Of a stretch of DNA of 64,000 nt, positions 1 through 11,792 are shown piece by piece. The first letter of the stretch is position 1. Every line of letters begins with the position of its first letter. Below the pieces are notes generated by a model. The model had not been told where the DNA came from, ran no database searches, and saw only the letters and a program-made list of their open reading frames with translations. Origin of the DNA: Azolla caroliniana (taxonomy: Eukaryota; Plantae; Polypodiophyta); NCBI GenBank assembly GCA_043228905.1, contig JBHGNT010000011.1, positions 15,004,001-15,068,000 of the forward strand, written 5' to 3'. A program made the translations under genes and the position numbers.

Positions 1-299
1 TGGGTTTATTTGGCAAAAACTACAAAATATTGCATTGATGCAAGGTCCTTTACCTTTACAAACAGAAGAGCAATCGTGGATTGATTGGTGTTTATAGGGT
101 TAGACGTTGTTTTTACAATTGAGTACTAATCTTTTGTATCAATGCTCTGTTGAGTCTCTTCGGTGGCTATCATCTAATGATGACAAATAATGAAAAAATG
201 TATAGCTCTGATCGTGGACAGTGGCAGATCGTAAAACGTAGTTGGCATTCTAAAAGGCCGCTTGTAGAAAAGGTCTTCATTTGGAGAGTTTTGATTGGG

Positions 300-760
300 G
301 GTTTGCCTTTGGGATTAGCTCTAAAGTGATTTGGACTAGCAACGAGCAATTGCTTCTTGTGCACTGTTCAAAAGGAAGATAATACTCATTGCTTCATACA
401 ATGTCCGATTGCTTGTCTAATTTGCAATTATATTTCTCAAATTTGACAAGTTTTATTAGGGTGTTATTTAATGCCTAGATAGCGGGTATTTGCACAATCC
501 ACATAGGTTGACCCAAAATCATAGATGATGATCGTTTTCCTATTTTTAAGGTATTGGGGATTGTGTCTAATTGGGATATGTGTGGTGCTTTTGTATTTAA
601 TGGTAAGCATGGAGTGAAAGCATATCTACGAAAGTTGAAGGGAGTACTAATATCACAATTTTCTTTATTGGAGCAACTGGAAAATTTGTCCTCAATGGAG
701 TGTTCGTCTTGCCTATTGGCAATTCAATGTGTTCCACTACCCATGTAGTTAGTGGGTGGC
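300..760 (+). mobile_element. Degenerate 3' end of a non-LTR retrotransposon (LINE ORF2 C-terminal zinc-binding region)
   Basis: Broken reading CTVQKEDNTHCFIQCPIA resembles the zf-RVT motif. ORF 554-748 (..WDMCGAFVFNGKHGVKAYLRKLKGVL..VPLPM) is clearly homologous to ORF 25947-26249 (-) in this window. Confidence 0.55.
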
Positions 761-3700
761 CATACTTTATTGTGACACGCATTGTAAGTAGTGTTTCTCA
801 CGCACATTTATTCAATTAGCTCTTTTTTTGTTGTTTTCAGAGAAGAGAAACTAATATAAAGATGTCGACGTGTCACCTACTATACTTCAAACTAATAGTG
901 TCAACTTTTTGCTCCTACCCCTTACTACAAGGGGTATCACCTAATATTCTACGTGCAAGGGTATCAACTTGTCGACCATGAGAGATATCACCTAATATTC
1001 TACAAACTACAAGGGTCAACTTTTTGCTCCTACCCTATATTGCAAGGGGTATCCAATGTTTGTGGTAAAAGTGTTGCATTTGAATATATTTTTATGTTGT
1101 GGTGCTATGTTCATGACCATAAGAAACCCTTGTCTAATTTTTTCATTTATTTTCATCCACTTTGACCATGTATTCTCCCAAAGAAAAACTCCAGTTAGTG
1201 GTGGAATTTTTGTTTTGTGAATGTTCGGTAATTGGATCAATAAACCCATGGACGACTCTTAGGTTCAACCCCAATATATGTTCCTAGCTTTCGTTCATCT
1301 TTGGCTAGTGAATATTAGGCATAGAATATATCATGATACATTTTGAGACTATGATTCTTATGGTTGTATATCAATCAAACATTCAAATATTTCCTTTTAC
1401 CTAATATGATCCTGTAACTCTCTTGAAATCATGATTCAAGTCAACCAGGACATGTGGTGTTATGGTATTGGTGTCTTATAAAATTGGTTTCTATAGTTAG
1501 TTAATCTTATCCTTTTGTCTCTCATGGTGGACAATATTTTTAGAACATTTAATGTTAGAAGCATCGTGGCAAGCATTATGAAAAGTTTCACGTGGTCTAC
1601 ACTAGTAGAGTGTAAACAACATCTAAGAGATTCTATATTGAAGAGGGTAACTAGTCCCCTTTGTATAGATAAAGTTCTTTGGCTCTCGGAACACCACTTG
1701 TTCTCATGCTTTAAAGGTTTGTCCCAAGTCTTAGAATAACTAGCTTCCCAATTATTGTGCCCCAAAAGAATTTAAAATATCCCTTTAGAATTGGTCCTTG
1801 AGATTATGCCAATAACAACATTGTTCTCCAAGGAGTTTCCTTTATGTTAGTCAATCTTTTGATACCTTAGACGATTTTCATCAAGAGAATTATGTTTCCT
1901 ACGTACAAGTTTTTTCTATTTTCATGTTGTTTTAATATACAATACTCTTGTTGAAAAGAGAGAGAGAGGTATAGTGTTTAGAAAACAAGGGAAACTTTAG
2001 CATATTTCTTTTATAAAGTCATGTATGTTTAGAATCTTTCACTTTGTTTATATTTTAGCGATGAATTTTGTAGCAGCATATGTGTTCCTCAACCATGAGA
2101 TGATTTATGTTTTTTTGGTTCCTCTATAAGATGCGAAGTAGTTTGCCAATGTCCAATAATACAAAGGTATTACAATTTTTTTCTTGCACAAATGGCATGT
2201 AATAAATGAAAGTAATGCTAATTAGACTTGTCTTGCTAAAGTATAAATTCGACAATATGTCGAGCAAGTACGGTCTAACCTTTTTTTCTTAGTGTCGATA
2301 ATTTTAGCTTTTATTAGTGCACCTCTCAATCATAGTGCATGCACACACAAGCGCACTACTAATTTGTGAGATTTAAAACCTACACTTTACTTCTTTGATA
2401 TGTGCCACTGCTAACCCATTAGATTTTATTTTTGTACTTGCAAGCTCCTAAAGCACCTACAAATAATGCATGAAAGTCATTATATTTTTCCGAGCTAGGA
2501 CGAATGCTTCATGGGTTTTGTAGAAACCTTTTACACAAACAAAAGTGTATTAGGTTAGGATCTACTTCTTGTGTGCATTTATTGGAAAGAGTATATTTCC
2601 TCAAAAGATGGAGGCATCTTCATCCATGCTAAAAAAAGTCATTGGAATCCATTCAAATTTTAGCTTTACAAAATTTTAATACCGGCAACAATCCTTTTGA
2701 GAAAGGGAGAGAGATGGAGATTATCTTCTTCATGTATGTATTTGCAATGTGGTGGAAAGTTGGTCATTATAACCAAGCGATTAAGTGATTAAATCCCCTA
2801 GTACACTATACTAACCTCATGTCATAAAGTGTTCAAAATTTGCAATGCACAAACATCAATAAAAAGTGTTCAATTCCTTTGATCATAATATTGTACTCTA
2901 ATATGTAGTGTATCAAAGAGCCCATATATCACATGAGGGGTGTCCTTTCATATCCTAATGCAGGGAGTATTTTAAGAAATATGTTAAGAATCCTTGAGCT
3001 AACATTTAAGCAAAGATAACAAATCTAGATCTATCTATCGATATGTCTTTCCACACCAAAATAATAGATATTGAGAAAATGCTTCGTATATGTTACTTTA
3101 GCATGCTCCACAAAGACTTCAATTATCAATCCTTTACACATGAATGAATTGATGCATCTTTTTGTGCATGCCAACTTTATTTATGAATGTTGTTGGTCCT
3201 TTCATGCAGTTGTGGAATCATGCTTTTGATTTCATCTGTACATTCTTTAATCCAATGTAGGTAAATGGCATCAGTTAGTGGAATGTGTACACAAGTATAG
3301 CATGTGTCGAGCATTATGTCAAATCCAAATATACTTTATGAATAGGAGACCACAAGGTTTATGGAAGAGCCATTTTCAAGCAATGCACAAAGGGTGTTTT
3401 AGTTATTTTTCTTGAGAAGTGTTAAAATGTTTCGTTTTCTAAATTGGGTTGATATACACGTCATGAGAAAATCATCTAATTTGCCTCTCTCTTATTTCAT
3501 CCCGTGCAACGTATTAGCATCATCATTGAAAGGGAAATGTTATCATTTTCACTGTGGAGATATTGTAAAATTAAATCCTTAAGTGGTTGCAACTTTTTAT
3601 AATTACATCATCATTTCTGTGTTATTTGAATATTAGAAACACTAAATTGTGGGGACATTTAAACTCTCTTTTATAATGCAATCCTTTCACATTGTGCTTT

Positions 3701-4008
3701 AGCACTTGACATATTCTTGCTAGAGAGAGCATCCAATGTTTTCGATAAAAGTTGTGTTTATATTAAACCATCATATCATGACAATACAAAAGACCCTTGC
3801 TATCTCTACCACAATAATGAAGAACTCATGGCAAGATAAGCCTCTGAGAACATGAAGGCAATGTATCCCATTTGAAATATATTAATGTTTAAAGCCATTT
3901 TGAAAAGCAAGCTACCTACCAAAGAAACATTTTCACATGGAATGGAGGTTGAAATTGGCATTCTATGTCCAACACTCGATGTCACCACTATATACATCGG
4001 GTAATTTG

Positions 4009-4011
<3 letters not shown>

Positions 4012-4062
<51 letters not shown>
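4012..4062. repeat. (CT)n microsatellite
   Basis: Directly visible dinucleotide run. Confidence 0.95.
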
Positions 4063-4434
4063 CCCTATGAGCCTAAGACTTCAAACAAGTTGGATGGTAT
4101 TATATGTTTGTGAATTGCACTAAAGTAGTTTTTGAGGTTGAGACGTGCGATTGATGTCATTCAATGTTATGGTGATCTAAGTGTTGCTTTAGGAGTGTTA
4201 GGTGACACTATCTCACTTAGTGCATGGAACAACATAGAGAAAATTAAAAAAACATTCTTAGTAGACAATTGGAACTTAAATCCCTACATTCACATGCTAT
4301 CAGAAGCAAGTGCTACCATGCAAAGAAAATACTCTAACAAAACTCAAGAATACGTTTGATCATACATTGTCAAAATAGACTTGGAACATAGGATGCAAGG
4401 TACAAACAATGAATAAGACAAAAAATCATGCCAT

Positions 4435-5173
4435 ATGGCTAGGTGCTTGATATTAAGAAATGGTTTAAACAGTGGGCAGCAAACGAATTATGAGAACTCT
4501 TTGATTTTGTTTAGATGGTTGATTGTTTATTATGCGGTTCCTGTTAGGGTTTGGATGCATTGTAGGGATATGGATAAGATGTGTGATTTTTGTGGATTAG
4601 AGATGGAGTCTCTTCATCACCTATTTTGGTCACGTATGACTGCTAAATTGGTTTGGAAAAGGATATTACGTCTATTGCATGAGGTATATGGCACTATAGT
4701 ATATAAATGGGGGGTAGTGATGTGGGCTGCTATTAAGGGTGAGGTACAAGATTATGAAGTTACAAGAAAAGGTTACCTTTGCATTACATACAAGAGGTCG
4801 ATATGTTGAGGAAGTGTCACCGTGTATGCCTAGTAATTCAATACAAAATGGGGTGGTTTGGGAGACTATTAGTTCCATAACATTGTGGGTTTTGTGGACT
4901 AGTAGATGTCGAAGAATATTTCAGCAAATTCAATGGAATGTTGTGGATGTCGTCAAGGAGATTTGGTTGACCTTGGTGCATACACTAAAAGGAGAATATG
5001 ACTCTATCAAGGGTGATTTAGATGTAGTCTTTCGAAAGAAAGGGGTTTTTAAGAAGAGATGGGAAAGGATGAATGTAATTCTACATGGTTCATTGTTGTA
5101 TAGTTGGAGGTATCAGCCACCTCTTTGGGTATTTCCTCTAGTCCACCGATATGAGGCATGTGGCTATGTATAA
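4435..5173 (+). mobile_element. LINE ORF2 C-terminal remnant (zf-RVT), frameshifted
   Basis: CDFCGLEMESLHHLFWSRMTAKLVWKRI and LWVLWTSRCRRIFQ match plant L1-type C-terminal motifs (CxxC..E.x.HLF..C; W..W..RN..IF). Split over two frames. Confidence 0.7.
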
Positions 5174-5269
5174 CTGTTCTTGGTACTATCTTGGGAGTTA
5201 TGTATGTCAATGGTAGTCTATGAGTAGTTGAAACGAAAGAAATAACGGAGATTTTGTGCAATCTCAAGG

Positions 5270-6660
5270 CTTGGGCCAAGAAGAAAGACCTTCGAGTCTT
5301 ATTTTCTAGTTTGTTGAAAGCATGTGGCAACATGGGAGATATATAGAAAGGGAACAAATTTTTCTGTTTCGTCAAAATGGATAAGTTCATGATAACATTT
5401 TTACACATGGCTTTCAAATGTGGTGCTTTGGGCCTAACTCATTAGAGGATATGTAGAGAATGGCCAAGATAAAGACACATAGAATTATGTTTAGCTTATG
5501 CAAGATTAAGGTATCTTTCTCAATCCTTTAGCTTTGATTTGTATCTTGAAAATAGGTGAACATGCACGTGTTGGTAGTAAAGGCCAAGGAATGGATGTGA
5601 TGATAACGAAGAAAGGATCACTTGAAATTAATGTGATTGCGAAACTCTCTTGTTAAATATGTATATGAAATGTGCATTTCTTGCGGAGACAATCAAGCCC
5701 GCATTGATTTCAAGATAGGCTAAAAACAAGTGGGGGGAGGATGGTTTTATATGGCACTTACACTTAATACGTATGCATTCGGAAGGTATATCTCTAAATG
5801 TCATCGCTAGCAATGGGCTCGGTTTCGGCTCAAACTGAATTGAACCGAAAAACCGTGGCTTACCAGTTTATAGGTTCAAAGATAAATAAACGGTTTGGTT
5901 TGGTTTGGTTTCAAATGTTACTAATCAGTTTCGGTTCGGTTTTGAATTTATTAGTTTATCGGTTTCTGTTTATGTGGTTCGGTTTAAAGGTTAAAAAATA
6001 CTAAAAAATATTCTCTATAGGCTCTAACTTTCAACTTTTAATTTTAAACTCTTGTTTTAACTTATTAAATTTTATATGTATTATATGTAGAGTTTCCTTT
6101 TCATTTATGATAATCAATTATAATAAATATGATGATCAAATTTATGATAAGTATAATGACAAACTTTATGATAAGTATGATAACAAAATTTATGATGAAT
6201 AAATTTATGATGATTTTCTCACACAAATTTATAATAAGCATGATGATTAATATCAATAAAAAATGGTTTGGTTTGGTTTTAAATTTTTCGTAAATTGTTT
6301 GGTTTCTCCTATTCTTTAAACGGTTTGGTTTAAATGACTCCATAAATTTTAAAACAATTTGGTTCCGTTATTAATAATAATAATTGGTTTGGTTTGGTTT
6401 CAAGGCCAAGAAACCGAACCAAACCGGGCCCATTGTTAGAACTCATCGCATTGTTTGTGTCTTGAAAACATGTGGAAGTTATAAAGACTTACAACTTACT
6501 TAGGAAGAACTTGAGTTTGTTGATTACACAAGGACATTTTATCTTGACATTCCAAGAGATGTTTAATATTTTCATCTCATATGTGATAACGCCATATGTT
6601 ATCACGATCGTTTGTGGAAATGGTGCACACTTGACAACGCTTGTTTAGAAATTTACCTTG
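5270..6660 (+). pseudogene. PLS-class PPR pseudogene fragment interrupted by a MITE
   Basis: Fragments VLFSSLLKACGNMGDI and MHSEGISLNVI..[MITE]..VCVLKTCGS resemble PPR L motifs. Many stops and frameshifts. Confidence 0.6.
5808..6438. mobile_element. Non-autonomous hAT-like MITE
   Basis: Imperfect TIRs TAGCAATGGGCTCGGTTT / AAACCGGGCCCATTGTTA, many subterminal (A)AACCG/CGGTT motifs and an AT-rich core. TCATCGC occurs on both flanks (TSD-like, offset by a few bases on the right). Confidence 0.75.
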
Positions 6661-7271
6661 AATGTCAGTTCGAAGCATGAAGGAATCTTGTGTGAAAGAA
6701 CGCTCGTGAGGTTGTTCGAGTTGAGGTCTCATGTTGGTGCTGAATTAGATTTTTACTCTCTCCTTGTAAGATTCGAAAAATGATGATGGTGTTGAGGGTG
6801 TAGGAATCATACAACAAGAATGGGAGGATAGAGAAAGCAAGAGAAGAAATCCAAGATCATTCAGGCTTCAGCTAGATATAGAGAATGAAAATATGATTGA
6901 GAGTGAGAATAATGTGACTAAAGATCAGTTCTCTAGTATTATTGGTGGAAGAAGCTTAAAGAAAAGGAAACATTGTTATAGTGGTGGGAGAGCGCGTAAG
7001 AAAATCGACTATCACTCTTGAATTTAATTGCTAGGAAAAATGTAGAAACACTATCTACTCCAATAGCAATGTGGAAACAATATCTAATGTTTCCTCTCTT
7101 GAAGCTTTTAGAAAAAGAGGGAGAAAATATGAGGTAGAAAACTTATTTCACAATATGCTTCCTCTTCAAGAAGCATGTGATGATGTAGGTGAAGAGGTAG
7201 TAGGAGGATGGGAACATGCAATCTATGAGCAAGACCAAGTGATATATTCATCATATGTGATAATATAGAAA

Positions 7272-7961
7272 ATGCCTAATGAAAAGCAATATAGATGGAA
7301 CCTGAACGGAATTGAAGCCTCTAATAGAGGTTTAAGGATTGCAAATCATCAACAAAGACAATTACATGAAGAGGTTCAAGAACATACATTGAGTGGGTTG
7401 TCGAATGGAGAAATGATCGGTATTATAAATATTCCTGGTGAGAAAGTCCTTGATTTGTTAAACCACCATGGACAAGTGACTTCATTTGAAGCATTCAAGT
7501 TTATCATGAAGGATCAGCAGAGCACAATTGTGATATCTGTCAAGTCGATCGAAGGGCAGGAAAAGTTTTTGAAATTAAAGCATATGACAAGGTACAACCA
7601 TAAATTGAAGATATTGAGTGGACAATATGCAATTAAGGCAAAATTTATAGAATTCATGCGTCACATAAGCTGTATGAACGTTTTTTACACATCAGTTCAT
7701 CTTGTAAGGATAGATCTTATTCATGAGCTCTTCACTTGGCAACTTTTTAACATCATAAAAGCTATTTGGCTATGCAGAGGTGATAGCTTTGAAGAGATGT
7801 TTGCGTGGTATGCATCGACCCAAGAATTTGTATTTAATATTTCATTACTACTTATGGCGTGCATCAAGTCATTACCTTTGACTTGCCATAGATCTCAAAG
7901 ACATTGGCAAAGCAAAATCTTGAATGAACTTAGGATTGTTTTATATCAAAAGAAACAATGA
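7272..7961 (+). other. 229-aa ORF of unknown identity, probably TE-derived (LINE ORF1-like?)
   Basis: Longest unexplained ORF in the window, preceded by broken in-frame segments from ~6780. No motif recognised with confidence. Confidence 0.25.
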
Positions 7962-8029
7962 CAACTTATCTCGAATTTTGCCCTTCGATTAGTAGAAAAA
8001 GGATAAGAAGTGAAATATGAAAACAGGTT

Positions 8030-8700
8030 GTAATCACTAATATGCTAAATGATATGTATGCAGAATTCCATTTCTTCTTATGAGATGGATGGAGTCATTG
8101 AAACAGGTGGGGGGAGGATGCTCTTACGTAGGCATTCAGAAGAATTCCATTTCTTGTTATGTGATGGATAGAGTCATTGTTCATCAAATCTTGCATTCAA
8201 GATGTGATTTTCATAGTCGAACACACCTGATTTAAAAGAAAGGAAAAGAACTCCATATTGTTATTGCTCAACTAGGTATCAACTTGGATATGCTCATTAG
8301 AAGCACCGTTGATATGTATGCAACATGTGGAAGTTTATTAGATGCATATAAATTGTTCGATGGGCTGAGATCCTTCAAGGTGGGTGTCAATCACATGGCT
8401 TTACATGAAGGCATGTTCATACATGCTGAAATCATGGATCGAGGCATACAAAATGACCTCTATACCATAATGCTTTGCTTGAGTTTTACGTTGAATATGG
8501 AAAATAGAGGATGCTTGGTCATTGTAAATGTGGTGGTATATTGGATGCATGTAAAGTTTGTCAAGGATTAGATGACCCAAAGGTGGTATCTGGATATGTT
8601 GAATATGAACATGATGAGGAAGATTGATTTGCTTTGAGCATATGTAAATTCATGGTATATTCCAACTATTGAGGAAGTGCTCAATCAAGTTTATCAAATG
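8030..8700 (+). pseudogene. PLS-class PPR pseudogene fragment
   Basis: DMLIRSTVDMYATCGSLLDAYKLFDGL and LHEGMFIHAEIMDRGIQNDLY are typical PPR S and L motif pieces. Reading frame disrupted. Confidence 0.7.
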
Positions 8701-9059
8701 AAGGATTCATGGCTAGCCATTGTCTTACACAAGACGGGTTGGGGAAGGATAATCACTTGCTTTCCATCGTTTTGTATTTTGTAGCCGATATGCTTTTTAA
8801 AACTAATGGAAGGATATGTTTTCTAAATAAATAAAAAACAATTATGAGAACTCTTTGGTGATTTTATGAAGTATGGGACAATCAAGGATAGATTACTAAA
8901 GGAAATGCGGATGAAGTAAAAATTGGAATATTACTTTGCAATCGTTAACCCTCAACGTTATCCCCAATGCAACATAAAAATGCAAGAACATAGCCAATTG
9001 CATCTCACTATCCCCATGAGCCTTAGCTCTTGAAGAACATTAAAACTTCTTTGAACACA

Positions 9060-9310
9060 CACACTCACAAAAGTTATGTGTTTGAGGTAGCATCATGACA
9101 TCATCTCTTGAGGGTGACAATGTGCAAAGTATGCAATGGAAACCTAGTGGAGGATGAATATCACTTACTTCTGGCCGTCTCAACATGTATGATAATTCAT
9201 GAGAAGTATGATGACTTGTTAGACAAACATGATAAATTTTAGTGTCATCCTCAAATCTCCACCAAGAATGATAAGCACATACATGCATGCATTATTCTCA
9301 TGTAGAGAGG
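9060..9310 (+). mobile_element. LINE C-terminal zinc-finger remnant
   Basis: MCKVCNGNLVEDEYHLLL matches the CxxC..VEDE.H.LL motif of non-LTR ORF2 C-termini. Confidence 0.55.
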
Positions 9311-9584
9311 TTTTATTACAAAGTATTGACCCCCTACTTAGGAAGGAGTCACATACAAGATGAGATGTTGATTTGGTCCCTTAGGTCAAAATTGGCCTCC
9401 TCATAGACAATGAAAGACAAATTTGGTCATCTTACATGTTTGTTGTTTTCTTAGAACTATTTAGCCTAAACTCTATTTTATCTTATTTTTATTTTTACTT
9501 TCGATGAATGGGTAAATATCCCATTTTTGTTGTACACCATTTGTCTCATGGGCCAATTTTGGCCTTAGAAGACGTTAATATATC

Positions 9585-9645
9585 TTTCTTTCTTTCTTTC
9601 TTTCTCTCTCTCTCACACACACACACGCGCGCGCACACACACACA
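9585..9645. repeat. Compound microsatellite (CTTT)n(CT)n(CA)n(CG)n(CA)n
   Basis: Directly visible. Confidence 0.9.
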
Positions 9646-11792
9646 AATCCTTAGGGCATTGGAATTGTTCCAAAAAATATAAAGGCCCCATGTAGCTACA
9701 CTTGGTGGTGTAAAGGAGGTTGCATAACAACACCTCTTTGGGTCTCATAGGTCATGCCTTTTCGTCTTTCAAGGATCCCATAGGTCATGGTTTTTGGCCA
9801 TCTGAAGGATATTAAAATATCATCTATTTGTTCCTTTACTAATCCTTATGCGTACAATCTCATAACTTCATTGAAGTCATTAGTAGACATCGAATTTAAG
9901 TTCAAATTTATAATTGAGATATTTTCTCTTGTTGTAATAAATGCTTAAGTATATTAATCTTGATTAAGCATGCCCAATCCTTAATTAATCCATAATTAAA
10001 TATAAAGTTATGCATCCCAATGATTTTATGGAACATAATTTTGAAGAACATAAAAATACCATTTTCAAATGTGTGTAGTTGCATGTAGTTTTTGGCCAAG
10101 GGTGTAAGTAATATTTTTAAAGCATTTCCAAATTTTGGATGTTCAAATGCTACTTGAAAGTATTTCAATTGCCTATTAGAATCAAGAGATCAAGGATATG
10201 AGTGCAATGTGGTCAACATTTGTACGGAATATCTTTCAACTGCTCCAAGGCAATCTACGAAACAAGTGGCACATAGATGCATTAAAAACTTAGCAAGGTT
10301 TTCCAATGGGTTAAACATGGTCTTACATGGGAGGATAAATTAGTAATTTAGAGGAATTCTATCATTTATGTCTCTATTGGTGCTAAATTCTAATCTACAA
10401 AGATAAAAAAATGACCCTTTAGGATAAAATTTGTTTAGCTAAATAAATGCTGGGTTATTAATACCCATATATGAATTCAAATAAATACAAGAAATTAGGA
10501 ATTGTGGTTACTGCACAATAGATTTTTCGAGACTTACTAGCACCAGCCATTGCTAATGTTTATAGACCTAATCTTTATATGCATGTCTCAACAAACAAAT
10601 CTAAGTAATAGAATCACAAAGGCAAACATGTTTAGGTTTGTAATAAATGGAATCATAACTTGTATTTAAAATAAGCTTCAATGAAATGGTTGTCAAATCA
10701 TTCTTCATCACAAGAACTTGAAGTTTATATTGATATTTGAATGTAAGATTCTCTTGCATTGATTGAAAGTTTAACATCATTAAAAAGCTGTAGATTGCAG
10801 AAGGTAAAGGTGTTTCCCGTCCTCAAACATCTTGTTTCCTATTTCTCATAAAAATCCCACTTTCTTGCTTCTGGATATCCCTTGCCTTAATCATTTTTGT
10901 GATGAATTCCTTGTCCTAAACCCATTAGTTTCACAACAATCCTTGGCACAAACTAGGATGCAGTCTTCATCAATGACACCCTGAAGAGAAAAAAACCGAG
11001 TTTTATGATGAGTGGCTTAATAGAATCTTCATAAATTCAAGCACCCAAGAATTGCATAAATATTTATACATATAACTTTCAGCTTGATGAACATAAAAAT
11101 AAAGTAGGAAAAAGGAAGAGATTTACCTGTATGTTTGAAAAAAGATGATTTGCAAAGTTCCACTTCAATATCCCAATTGTTCTTTGATGTCACTTAAAGC
11201 CACGCAAAGTATAATATCTCCATTTCAATTGAACTTTTGAATGACTTGAACCTTTGTTGTTCCTGGATATGATGGTATGCAAGTAAAAAAGAACCTACAA
11301 TAGTTAAGACACATTATAGCAGAAATGGTGATCAACCCCCTCTTGAGCCAGAATATTTTGTTTACAAAAGAAAAAAGAAAAGGAAATATTCAAGATATAG
11401 TAAAGCTCTACCGTTTGGAGATTACTTTTGCTATAGGTGCAGCAAGAATTGAAAATCTTATCTTTTTTAACTCTTTCCCCCTATCTCTCTGGTTGTCGTT
11501 TTGTGGTTTGCACAGTGCATCAAAGTCATAAAACTGAGAGAACACAAATTCGATCCCTGTCAAGATCTACGCCCCATCGTATAGATCATATTCAGTCTCC
11601 CTTGGACGTTCAAAATATATCAGTCTTTGCAACTGATAAGTATCAAGATTTACACCCATAGTTGTGGTGGCAATTGCCATTATATATCACATATTATCTA
11701 CAAGGTTATGTCTTATATGCATCAGCATAATTTCAATAGTTTTTCTGATTTCCTCCTCTTTACATGCACCGGGATCAGAATATATGCTTGAT

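Noticed and set aside
1260-1860. Possible LINE endonuclease remnant on the minus strand
   Set aside because: No diagnostic GDFN or SDH motif could be read, so the call is unsupported.
6101-6343. Hydrophobic Ile-rich 80-aa ORF
   Set aside because: It is a translation of the AT-rich repetitive MITE interior.
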